Source: Pseudomonadota bacterium
Lineage (GTDB): Bacteria; Pseudomonadota; Gammaproteobacteria; Ga0077536
NCBI GenBank assembly: GCA_043782755.1
Contig: JAYWAC010000240.1
Location: forward strand, 591-64,590
Length of the DNA stretch: 64,000 bases
Reading direction: 5' to 3'
This document shows positions 56,790 to 64,000 of the stretch, piece by piece (positions within the stretch are counted from its first letter, which is position 1; every line of letters begins with the position of its first letter). Under the pieces are notes generated by a model that worked only from the letters and a program-made list of their open reading frames with translations, did not search any database and was not told where the DNA came from. The translations under genes were made by a program, and so were the position numbers.

Positions 56790-57584
56790 CTAACTGCCGC
56801 TGAATTCCGGTCGACGCTTGTCGACGAAGGCGCTGATGCCCTCATGAAAATCGGCGCCGGTGGCACAGTCGACAAACAGCTCGGCTTCGAGTTGTAGCTG
56901 GGCTTCAAAAGTGTTTTCGCGCGAGCGATAGAGCAGACGTTTGGTGTTTGCATAGGCATGGGTCGGCCCGTTCGCGAGTCGCGCGGCGAGCTGCGCGGTG
57001 GCTGTGGCCAGCGTGCCGGTGGGCACCAGCTGATTCACCAGCCCCATGCTCGCCGCCGCATGCGCATTGAAGCGATCACCGAGCAGCGCGATCTCCATCG
57101 CCTTCTTGACACCGACCACGCGTGGCAGCTGAAAGCTCGCACCGCCATCGGGCGTGGTGCCGAGGTGGCAGTAAGCCAGGGTAAAGAAAGCGCTCTCGTC
57201 GGCGATGATGAGGTCCGCCGCCAGCGCCAGGCTGACGCCAGCGCCAGCGGTCGCGCCGGCGACACTGGCGATGATCGGTTTGGCCATGCGCCGCATGGTA
57301 ATCATGATGGCGTTCAGATCATGCAGTCGCAGCAGGAACTGGCCAGCCAGCGCAGCGGCAGGCTGGTCGAGTACGCCGGAGATGGCCTTCAGATCGCCGC
57401 CCGCCATGAAATGTTCGCCCGCGCCTTTCATGACCACGCAGCGCACCTCGTCATCACTCTCAAGTTCGAGCATGGTCTCGCGTAGCGAAGCGCGCATGGT
57501 GGGACTCAGGGCATTGCGGCTGGCGGGGCGATTGAAGATCACCGTCGCGATAGCGCCGTCGCGTTCGACCAGCAAAGGCTGCAT
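56790..57584 (-). CDS. enoyl-CoA hydratase/isomerase family protein
   Basis: Start at MQPLLVERDGAIATVIFNRP (ATG 57584). Crotonase-fold motifs (FMAGGDL, GATAGAGVSLALA). Confidence 0.85.
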   Translation of the reverse strand: MQPLLVERDGAIATVIFNRPASRNALSPTMRASLRETMLELESDDEVRCVVMKGAGEHFMAGGDLKAISGVLDQPAAALAGQFLLRLHDLNAIMITMRRMAKPIIASVAGATAGAGVSLALAADLIIADESAFFTLAYCHLGTTPDGGASFQLPRVVGVKKAMEIALLGDRFNAHAAASMGLVNQLVPTGTLATATAQLAARLANGPTHAYANTKRLLYRSRENTFEAQLQLEAELFVDCATGADFHEGISAFVDKRRPEFSGS

Positions 57585-57649
57585 GACAAGATCCCGTCTG
57601 TGAGGAATGGGGCGCAAGGCGTGAACCAGGTCGCGCCGCGCGGGGACGC

Positions 57650-58513
57650 TTAGTCCAATGCCGACTCCGTGGCGGGATCGCCGCGCACCCGTGTATGCAT
57701 CATCACACGCGGATGAGCGTGGTCGTAAGGGCGTGCACGATGCAACACGCAGCGGTTATCCCATATCGCGATGTCGCCGGGCTGCCAGGTGTGACGATAA
57801 ACGCGCGGTTCACGACAGGCGAAATCCATGAGGCCATCGAGCAATGCTTCGGACTGCGCCGGATCCATGCCGGGGATATGGCAGGCATGACGACCGATGA
57901 ATAGCGCCCTGCGCCCGGTTACGGGATGAATCTTGACCAGCGGCCGTCGCGGCGTGTCGCCCCCGCTGAATCCGTAATAGTCGCCGACCTTGGCCTGCGC
58001 ACCGATGCGCGACTGCGAATAGAACAACGAGTGAAAAGCGGTGAGTCGCTCAAGCCGCGCACGCATGTCGACATCGAGTGCGTCGTAGGCGGCGCGCATG
58101 TCGGCCCATTCGGTTTCGCCGCCGGTCGGTGTCACGACATGGGCCGACAGCACCGAGGCCTTGGCGGCGAGCGGCATGTAGGAGCTGTCGGTATGCCAGC
58201 CTTCGTTACCGCGCAGCAGCTGCATGAAGACCGAATCTTCGCGCAGCGTCTGGCCGCGTTCGCCGCGATTGGAAATCGCGATGGTGGTCTTGCCTTCGAC
58301 CAGCACTTCGATTTCACCGAAGCGTCGCGCGAAGGCGACTTGCTGTTCGTGATCGAGATGCTGGGCCGGGAACAGCAGCAGCGCGTGTTCGTGAAAAGCC
58401 TGCTCGATGACGTACCAGTCAACGTCGTTGACTGCGCTCAATTCCACGCCGACCACTGCGGCGCCCAGCGTGCACCCATGACGCTGGGCCAAGGATGTGA
58501 TGGTCAGGCTCAT
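57650..58513 (-). CDS. TauD/TfdA-family Fe(II)/2-oxoglutarate dioxygenase
   Basis: Start at MSLTITS (ATG 58513). H-x-D in WHTDSSY, and IAIWDNRCVLHRA. Confidence 0.85.
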   Translation of the reverse strand: MSLTITSLAQRHGCTLGAAVVGVELSAVNDVDWYVIEQAFHEHALLLFPAQHLDHEQQVAFARRFGEIEVLVEGKTTIAISNRGERGQTLREDSVFMQLLRGNEGWHTDSSYMPLAAKASVLSAHVVTPTGGETEWADMRAAYDALDVDMRARLERLTAFHSLFYSQSRIGAQAKVGDYYGFSGGDTPRRPLVKIHPVTGRRALFIGRHACHIPGMDPAQSEALLDGLMDFACREPRVYRHTWQPGDIAIWDNRCVLHRARPYDHAHPRVMMHTRVRGDPATESALD

Positions 58514-58636
58514 GCGCGCGCTCCCCCATTTGCTCAGCCGCAGTATTCCACGGAATTCTAAGCCTGCGACAGACCCGCGAAATGGGAAGGGGGAGGCCAC
58601 CGAGGCGCTGACAGCGCGGCGCCTCGGTGGCAAGAC

Positions 58637-59620
58637 TCAGAGCTTCGGCAGGATGTCGTGCACCAGGCGGCGCATGTCGACCAGGGTCTTGGCGGTCGGC
58701 GTGCCGCTGAAGGGCGGCCACAACAGTGGCATGGTCAGGCCGGCGTCCTTGTAACGTTTCAAGTTGTCGGTGATCTGTTCGATCGTGCCAACCAGCGTCG
58801 GGGTGAGCTTGCCGCGCGGCGTCTGGTCGGTTTTGTCGCGCGTGATATCAAAGGGCAGCATGCTTGAGATCTCGAGCTTGTCGATAGCATGACCGCCGCC
58901 CGACTTTTGCAATTCCACCTCGATGGCGGCGCGCCAGGTGGCGATCGCGTCGGGCGTGTCCATGATGCCTATCCAGCCATCGAGGCCGTATTGGGCGACG
59001 CGGCTCGCGGCAATCTCCGGTCGACCGAGACCACCGAAGAACATCGGCGGACGCGGCTTCTGCACGGGCTTGGCACCAAAGCCGCATTTCGGGAAGTCGG
59101 CAAACTCACCGTGATATTCGAACAACTCGTTGGTCCAGATGCCCTGCATGATCTCGATGGTCTCGATGACATGCTTGTTGCGTCGTGTGTAACGATCACT
59201 GGCGCTGGCGGCGGCGAATTCTTCCGGCATCCAGCCCGAGCCGACGCCGACATTGATGCGGCCACCGGAGAGTTGATCCCAGGTCGCGATCTCCGCCGCC
59301 AGCACACCGGGCGCGCGATAGGGCGTGACGATGACGCTGACACCGATGCGGATGCGCTTGGTGATCGCGGCGAGATAGGGGATCAGCGCCGGCCCGTTCA
59401 GAAATTCGCCGCGCGCGCTGACCGGCAGCGCGTTGGGGAATTCCTTCATGAAGCCAAAGGGCTTGGCGAGGCCGCCGCTATCCGAAGCCTCGGGTATCAC
59501 GATGCGATCCAAGGTCCACACGGAATCGAAGTCCAGAGCCTCGGCCTCGTGGGTCAAGGCTTCGATTTCAGCGACCGAAATCTTGTCGCGCAGGTTCGGC
59601 AGATAAAGCGCCAGTTTCAT
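58637..59620 (-). CDS. LLM-class flavin/deazaflavin-dependent oxidoreductase
   Basis: Start at MKLALYLPNL (ATG 59620). Luciferase-like layout (FDSVWTLDR, RINVGVGSGW). Confidence 0.8.
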   Translation of the reverse strand: MKLALYLPNLRDKISVAEIEALTHEAEALDFDSVWTLDRIVIPEASDSGGLAKPFGFMKEFPNALPVSARGEFLNGPALIPYLAAITKRIRIGVSVIVTPYRAPGVLAAEIATWDQLSGGRINVGVGSGWMPEEFAAASASDRYTRRNKHVIETIEIMQGIWTNELFEYHGEFADFPKCGFGAKPVQKPRPPMFFGGLGRPEIAASRVAQYGLDGWIGIMDTPDAIATWRAAIEVELQKSGGGHAIDKLEISSMLPFDITRDKTDQTPRGKLTPTLVGTIEQITDNLKRYKDAGLTMPLLWPPFSGTPTAKTLVDMRRLVHDILPKL

Positions 59621-59806
59621 CGGTAATCCCCTTTTGCCCTTGAGCATAGCCGCGCATGGCGCCAGCCTGCCCGTCTTGTTGTTACATCGTCAGGCCTCGA
59701 ATTCTATGCGCGGACGGCGCGCCATACACCAGTGTGCTCGGCGCTTGCACGAGTCCGCAGCGTGTTCCACCATCGCTTCCTGAAAATATTTTCTTGAGGT
59801 CAAACC

Positions 59807-60148
59807 ATGAGCAAGCAGATCAACTGGTACTACTTCCGCAAGGGCTGAACCAGCTGTGACAGCGCGTCCAAGTTTCTGGACGCAAGCGGGATAACTCCCA
59901 AAGAAAGTGTGCCCGCTTCGCGCCGCTTAAGCGCGGAGGATGCAAGGGCCCTGGCGGCCGCAGCCACCACGGTCATCGTTGCCAAGGGCAAGCAGCTTGA
60001 GACCTATAAGCCGGCGGGCAAACCGACCGCCGAGCTTATCGCGGCCATGCTCGGCCCGACCGGCAATCTGCGCGCGCCGACCCTGGTCAGCGGCAAGACC
60101 GTGCTGGTCGGATTCAACGAGGCGAGCTACGCCGAGGTGCTGGGCTGA
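59807..60148 (+). CDS. ArsC/Spx-family thioredoxin-fold protein with in-frame UGA at the CxxC position (candidate selenoprotein; alternatively a pseudogene)
   Basis: ATG 59807 lies 7 nt after GAGG. The frame is continuous with track ORF 59909..60148 except for TGA at 59846-59848. It reads MSKQINWYYFRKG-U-TSCDSASKFL...GNLRAPTLVSGKTVLVGFNEASY. The U-T-S-C sequence sits where the family has C-x-x-C. Confidence 0.55.
59864..59883 (+). promoter_or_regulatory. SECIS-like hairpin 15 nt downstream of the in-frame UGA
   Basis: Perfect 7-bp stem gcgtcca/tggacgc with the 6-nt loop aguuuc. Confidence 0.4.
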
Positions 60149-60292
60149 AATGCAGGACGCCGTCGACGATGCGCGGCGGCGTCCATGTCGACAGGCGCAC
60201 TGGTTTAAAGATCCGGATGTTTGCGATGCCAGCTTGTGGCCTGTTGAAAGGCATGGGTCGCGCTGATCAATACACCTTTGGTCGTCAGTTGA

Positions 60293-61633
60293 TCACACCG
60301 CGCGCGCCGCGCCGAAGGGCATGCGTACGCCAAACGCCGTGAGGAAGGCATAGGCCGACATCGTCGTCAGCGCCACCGTCGCGGCAAACCACATCGACAC
60401 CATATAAGTCTGACCGCACAGCCAGCCTACCAGCCACAGCGCCGGCCACAGTGTTGGTGCGATCGCCATGAACAGCACCATCAAGCGCCACGGCTCGTCA
60501 TTGCGGCGACTGCACAGGCCCGTCAGCAACAGCAGCAAACTCAAACCCCCATAAGCGGCCCAGTAGAAGCACAAGCCCAGCGCATCGACGGGTTGTTGGT
60601 CGTGACGCGCTGTGATCGCGATGGCGCCCAGCGCCGAGAGCGCGACCAGCAGCACACCAATGCGCGTGATCGCCTGGTCATCAAGCACTCGTGCAATCTC
60701 ACGCGGCGCGCGCCAGGCCAGCAGCGCGGCGGGCAAGGCCCAGATCACGGCGATGAGCGGCAGACGCTCCGTCGCGCCGCGCCAGGCACCGAGTAGATCG
60801 AAGCCCAAAGGCGCGAGCAGTCCTTCATGCACGATAACCGCCGTCGCGCCATAGCCAAACAGCGACAGCAGTGCAGCGGTCGGCACCACCATGCGACGTC
60901 GCGCTGGCAGATCGACGGCGCCGATGTGATGCATCCATAAGGTCATGATCAAAACGCAGAGCACGGCGAGCGAACTCACCGCGCCTTGATTGATCTCATG
61001 CATGTCATAGGGCAGGACCATGCCGAACACGGCCCATTCCAAGCGCAGCACCGGCGCGGTCAGCAGCGCCGCCATCATCAAGGCCATGAAACCCATATGC
61101 GAACGGAAATCGCGACGGCGAATGGCGAGCACCGCCGCCGTGACCGCGCTGAGACAGGCGAGCGCCAAAGCCCACAGCGCGAGGCCGAAGGCAGGGCTGG
61201 CATAGATGTCGGCTAAGGGTGTGCGGACGAGGTAAGTGAGCGCGCCGATCATCGAAGCGCCGACCCCGACAATCACAATGCCACCGACGGCACGGTGAGC
61301 GACGCGATAACGTCGGCGCAGGGCCGGCACGAACTGCAAGACACCGAGCGTGATGGCGAAGCCACCGAGCAGGGTGTGCGAGGTCATCGCCGCCAGTGCC
61401 TTGCGATAGGTGGGATACATGAGGTGAGCGGAGCCCGGGCCGAGGGAATAGGCCTCGCTGGTCATAGCGGCCTGCACGCGTGCCCACCAGCCGGCGTCGT
61501 CAGCGCGCAGTGCAAAGTTGAATTGCATCGCCATCACGCCGAACAACACACAAATGACGGCGGCCAAGATCCAGGCCCAGGCGCGCGGCCGTTGCTGGCC
61601 GGTAGCGCTCGTCGCTGACATCGATACGGCCAT
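60293..61633 (-). CDS. polytopic membrane protein, N-terminal half DUF2306-like
   Basis: Start set at MAVSMSAT (ATG 61633) so that it does not overlap the upstream gene. About 12 hydrophobic segments. The DUF2306 assignment is from memory of the family layout. Confidence 0.55.
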   Translation of the reverse strand: MAVSMSATSATGQQRPRAWAWILAAVICVLFGVMAMQFNFALRADDAGWWARVQAAMTSEAYSLGPGSAHLMYPTYRKALAAMTSHTLLGGFAITLGVLQFVPALRRRYRVAHRAVGGIVIVGVGASMIGALTYLVRTPLADIYASPAFGLALWALALACLSAVTAAVLAIRRRDFRSHMGFMALMMAALLTAPVLRLEWAVFGMVLPYDMHEINQGAVSSLAVLCVLIMTLWMHHIGAVDLPARRRMVVPTAALLSLFGYGATAVIVHEGLLAPLGFDLLGAWRGATERLPLIAVIWALPAALLAWRAPREIARVLDDQAITRIGVLLVALSALGAIAITARHDQQPVDALGLCFYWAAYGGLSLLLLLTGLCSRRNDEPWRLMVLFMAIAPTLWPALWLVGWLCGQTYMVSMWFAATVALTTMSAYAFLTAFGVRMPFGAARAV

Positions 61634-61779
61634 AGCGCAATTCCTGACTGACGGTGAACACCCGCAGGTCATGGTAGAGCGTGCTGCGCGGACTGGGCAA
61701 ACAAGTCCGGTGCAACCGTTACACCGGCGCGGATGGCACGGGTGGCGGATGTTCTGTCCACCACCCGTGCATTTGAGCT

Positions 61780-62631
61780 TTAGCGGGCAGTCTTCGCGGC
61801 GCGACGACGGCGCGCCAACAACAAGCCCGCTGCCGGCGCCAACATCCACAAGCTGGACGGCAAGGGCACCGGCCGAATGTCATCGAGCGCGAAATAGAGC
61901 GGTGTATTGGCGCCGAAAGGGCCGACGTCGGACGAGGTCAGACTGAACTCAAGGGCCGATACCGCGCCGAGACTTGCGAGTTGCACCTGCGTCCATTGCT
62001 GGACGATGTAGTCCTGCGCGCTATTGGTGGCGCGAAAATCCGCTAGATAGAAATCCACCGTGCCGGTCACGGCATTGGTGTTGTCGCGCCCGACGATGGT
62101 GAGGACGAGGAAGTCCGGCTCAGTACCGTCCGCGCCACCGAACTGCTTGGCGAAGGAATCGCCGTTGCGCATCGACAAGGCGGTGTAGGTGGTGTTGGTG
62201 AACATTGCGCTGGCCAACACCGTCGGCGCATCGAAGTCGATGCGCGGCGCGGACAAACCGCCGGCATAGGCGAGACCATAGGTCGCGCTGCCGCCCGCAC
62301 CGCTACCGGCATAGGCGCTGAATTCATTGCTGAAGCCGGCGGTGGTGGCGTCGGTGGTGCGCGAATAGGCAAAACCATTCCAGAAGGTCGCACCGCCGCA
62401 GCATTCATTGTTGAGGTTGTTGAAGTGCGCGCCGTGGGAGTTGAACTGACTCGCGATGCTGCTATCGGTGGGTGGCACCAGGCCCGACCAATAGCTGCCG
62501 CCACCCGGGCCGGCGTAGGTTTGTTCGTTAGGCATGCTGACATCCTCGAAGTCGATGGTGGCGGCATGGCTGAGGTTAGCTGTCAGTGCGATCAATGCCA
62601 GCACGGTGGCGCGTGGGAAAAGTGTGTTCAT
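61780..62631 (-). CDS. DUF4465-domain secreted protein with PEP-CTERM sorting signal
   Basis: Signal peptide (ALIALTANLSHA). FWNGFAYSRTTD, NTTYTALSMRNGDSFAKQF and DFYLADFR match the DUF4465 layout. C-terminus is VPLPSSLWMLAPAAGLLLARRRR. Confidence 0.7.
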   Translation of the reverse strand: MNTLFPRATVLALIALTANLSHAATIDFEDVSMPNEQTYAGPGGGSYWSGLVPPTDSSIASQFNSHGAHFNNLNNECCGGATFWNGFAYSRTTDATTAGFSNEFSAYAGSGAGGSATYGLAYAGGLSAPRIDFDAPTVLASAMFTNTTYTALSMRNGDSFAKQFGGADGTEPDFLVLTIVGRDNTNAVTGTVDFYLADFRATNSAQDYIVQQWTQVQLASLGAVSALEFSLTSSDVGPFGANTPLYFALDDIRPVPLPSSLWMLAPAAGLLLARRRRAAKTAR

Positions 62632-62674
62632 GCAATAGTCCTCGATGGGGAAGTGATTTGTTGTGGAGCGATCT

Positions 62675-63478
62675 TCAGACCGATGACCGTTTGCGTAAGG
62701 CGAGTGCGGCCAAGGGTGCCAGCATCAGCAGCGCGGGTGTCGGCAACGGTATCGGCGCTGGCGCCGAGGCATGCAAATAGCGCACACCGAGCGCTTCTAG
62801 ATCGAAGCCGCCGCTGCCGGTGGTATGAAAGGGGTCGTAGATGAAATGCGGACCGCCGAGATTGCTCGGCCAGTTGTCTTTCTCGCTGCCATTGCCGACC
62901 ACATCCACCAGCCGCACTTGGGTGATGTGGTTGACATCGATGCCCGCGACGTTCTTGAACAGATCGAGATCGAAGGGCGTGCCGAAACCCTGGCGATACT
63001 TGCCAGCGAGGCCATCTACGTTGGTGGGATCGGTAGTGCCGAAGGCGCCGACCGGCGAAGGCGTAAATGAAAACGCCGGAAAGCGGAAGAAGCTCGTGCC
63101 GTTGGATGACACTTCGACAAAGGCGAATTCGAGAAACGTATCGCTGAAGCTGTTTTCAAACACCGCGAAATCCCAGCCCGGACCGTTGAAGATCGAGCCG
63201 CTGAAAGTCAGCGTGATGCGTCCAGCATCGCCCAGCGCGACGATGTCGAAGCTGTTACCCAGCGCCGGCCCGAGCGCCTTGTCGGGCGTACGAAAAGCGG
63301 CGTCCACATTGCTGCCCGGTAGATAGTGCTCATAGCCGCTGGCCCAGGCGGTGATCAAGCTGCTGTTTTTGGCGATGGCCGTCGAACCGCTCTGGCCGGC
63401 GGCGGGCGCGAAGGGCCCGGCCTGCGCGCTGGCACAGATCGCGCACAACGCGAAGGCAATGAAAGTCTGGTGGGTCAT
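62675..63478 (-). CDS. secreted PEP-CTERM protein of unknown function
   Basis: Signal peptide (FALCAICASAQA), GWDFAVFEN motif, and C-terminal IPLPTPALLMLAPLAALALRKR. Confidence 0.65.
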   Translation of the reverse strand: MTHQTFIAFALCAICASAQAGPFAPAAGQSGSTAIAKNSSLITAWASGYEHYLPGSNVDAAFRTPDKALGPALGNSFDIVALGDAGRITLTFSGSIFNGPGWDFAVFENSFSDTFLEFAFVEVSSNGTSFFRFPAFSFTPSPVGAFGTTDPTNVDGLAGKYRQGFGTPFDLDLFKNVAGIDVNHITQVRLVDVVGNGSEKDNWPSNLGGPHFIYDPFHTTGSGGFDLEALGVRYLHASAPAPIPLPTPALLMLAPLAALALRKRSSV

Positions 63479-63503
63479 GATTGAAGGCTCCTTGGAGTAG
63501 TGC

Positions 63504-64000
63504 TCAGAGGTCGAGGGAAAATTCCAGCATCAGGCTACGAGACGGCATCGGATAGACGGTGTCGCTGTAGCCTGTGGTGGCATAGGTTTCGTTGAGTGCG
63601 TTGTTGACGCTCAAGCCCAGCGCAAAGCGCGCCGGGTGCCATTGCAGTCGCGCATCGACCACTTGGTAGGCGGCGAGCCGGTGATAGCTCTGATTGTCGA
63701 AGTCGTTGCCGTCGAAGCGTGCGCTGACGTGCGAATAGGATGCCGAGAGGCTGAAGTGTGGCTGCAGATCCCAGATCAAGCCGGCAGCGATCTGGGCACG
63801 CGGCACCAGCGGCATGAAGGCATGATTCGTGTCCAGCCGCGCGTCGATATAACTCAAATTGCTCCAGGTCTGTAGTGCGGCCGTGAGCTGCGCTTTCAAT
63901 TCGAGCTCGACACCGCGTCGCTTGCTGCGGCCATCGAGGTTGCGATTCACTTCGCGTCCACTCGCGACGTCGTAGCCAAAGAAGATTTCGTCATCGACGC
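63504..64000 (-). CDS. TonB-dependent outer-membrane receptor, C-terminal part (gene continues beyond the window)
   Basis: The frame stays open to position 64000. Alternating beta-strand pattern, ending in the typical terminal segment RSLMLEFSLDL. Confidence 0.75.
   Translation of the reverse strand, partial: VDDEIFFGYDVASGREVNRNLDGRSKRRGVELELKAQLTAALQTWSNLSYIDARLDTNHAFMPLVPRAQIAAGLIWDLQPHFSLSASYSHVSARFDGNDFDNQSYHRLAAYQVVDARLQWHPARFALGLSVNNALNETYATTGYSDTVYPMPSRSLMLEFSLDL

Noticed and set aside
59656-59859. 67-aa plus-strand ORF overlapping the start of the ArsC-like gene in another frame
   Set aside because: It has no RBS or motifs. The alternative frame gives a product with clear family similarity that continues across the TGA.
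60149-60292. Loose hairpin ggacgccg...cggcgtcc after the ArsC-like gene, considered as a terminator
   Set aside because: The 8-bp stem has a loop of about 14 nt and no U-tract, so it is too weak to call.

Overview
This is a visibly GC-rich proteobacterial chromosomal segment with dense, mostly ordinary coding on both strands. All calls come from reading the translated ORFs and the raw sequence; no database search was run.

Layout by coordinate:
- 154-2024: remnants of a large serine recombinase and a PIN toxin, both truncated at their N-termini and abutting each other.
- 2168-5563: a GAF-PAS-GGDEF-EAL c-di-GMP signalling protein.
- 6139-12138: assorted oxidoreductases and hydrolases.
- 12229-19629: a homoprotocatechuate / 4-hydroxyphenylacetate catabolic cluster with a LigAB-type dioxygenase, hpaE/F/G-like genes, hpaB and two HpaR-like MarR regulators.
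- 19741-29140: DUF1631, RraB, an MFS transporter, a CobB sirtuin, an HU-like protein and a DadA-like dehydrogenase.
- 29164-36946: a complete chemosensory operon in the order cheY-cheA-cheW-STAS-cheR-cheD-cheB-MCP-STAS.
- 38634-43918: an acetate module with DUF485, ActP, a PEBP protein and a Pat-type protein acetyltransferase.
- 46002-59620: an oxygenase-dense block with PhyH, two LLM oxidoreductases, a tandem EthD protein, a P450, a Baeyer-Villiger monooxygenase and TauD.
- 61780-64000: a DUF4465 PEP-CTERM protein, a second PEP-CTERM protein and a partial TonB-dependent receptor.

Most notable observations:
1. An ArsC/Spx-family gene (59807-60148) is interrupted only by an in-frame TGA at the first Cys of its CxxC motif. 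A hairpin follows 15 nt downstream, so it is a candidate UxxC selenoprotein that the ORF track splits.
2. Two STAS-domain genes sit inside the che operon, and the MCP and CheD share the C-terminal ending GE(I/V)ELF.
3. Two REP-like palindrome families are present, including inverted doublets and one copy with compensatory stem changes.
4. A 149-bp MITE-like hairpin element lies at 28095-28243.
5. A small tail-anchored protein carries LDFDLTGG repeats.
6. A DMT transporter carries a His-rich tail.

No rRNA, tRNA or CRISPR array was seen.
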